From: Lama glama
Lineage: Eukaryota
NCBI GenBank assembly: GCA_028534125.1
Contig: CM052816.1
Location: 22,880,001-22,944,000 of the forward strand
Length of the DNA stretch: 64,000 bases
Direction of reading: 5' to 3'
The position numbers were made by a program, and so were the translations under genes. Of the stretch, positions 63,850 to 64,000 are shown in pieces. The notes under the pieces are model-generated. The model was not told the DNA's origin. It saw nothing but the letters and a program-made list of their open reading frames with translations, and made no database searches. Position 1 is the stretch's first letter, and each line of letters opens with the position of its first letter.

Positions 63850-64000
63850 CTGAAACCCTGTGACATGCCACAACACAGATGAACCTTGAGGATATTATAC
63901 TAAGTCAGTCACAAAAAGACAAATACTGTATGATTCCACTTACATGAGATGTCTAAAGCAGTCAAACTGATAGAAACAAAAAGTAATTTCCAGTGGCTGG
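63850..64000 (+). mobile_element. L1MA/L1MB 3' UTR fragment
   Basis: gatgaaccttgaggatattatactaagt..cagtcacaaaaagacaaatactgtatgattccacttacatgag. Confidence 0.8.

Larger units (their letters stand above)
57567..64000 (-). other. CHSY3: CHSY3 last intron (continues beyond the window)
   Basis: Lies upstream of the acceptor on the minus strand, is repeat-rich, and contains no further CHSY3-like coding sequence. Confidence 0.85.

Noticed and set aside
1..64000. CRISPR array, prokaryotic operon or retroelement-based defence system
   Set aside because: The DNA is mammalian. No regularly spaced repeat-spacer array is present, and all RT-like sequences are decayed L1, CR1 or ERVL fossils.

Overview
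This is mammalian genomic DNA, most likely camelid (a Vic-1-like tRNA-derived SINE and cetartiodactyl-type L1 3' UTRs). It is AT-rich and dominated by interspersed repeats, with two fixed 500-N scaffold gaps. The only supportable protein-coding sequence is the last coding exon of CHSY3 (chondroitin sulfate synthase 3) on the minus strand (56004-57566), with its splice acceptor, 3' UTR and poly(A) signal; 57567-64000 is CHSY3 intron. The other ~55 kb is the gene-poor region downstream of CHSY3, filled with L1, L2, L3/CR1, MIR, MLT1/MLT2, ERVL and ERV1 remnants and hAT DNA transposons. The most interesting unexplained structure is an orphan CpG-rich island at ~36.9-37.7 kb that seems to overlie a decayed ERVL pol sequence. 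It carries NRF1 and GC-box motifs, a perfect-Kozak ATG and a phase-0 GTAAGA donor, making it a candidate unannotated plus-strand first exon. Repeat family names come from my recall of consensus sequences, not from a RepeatMasker run, and their boundaries are approximate. I see no demonstrable novel multi-gene system.
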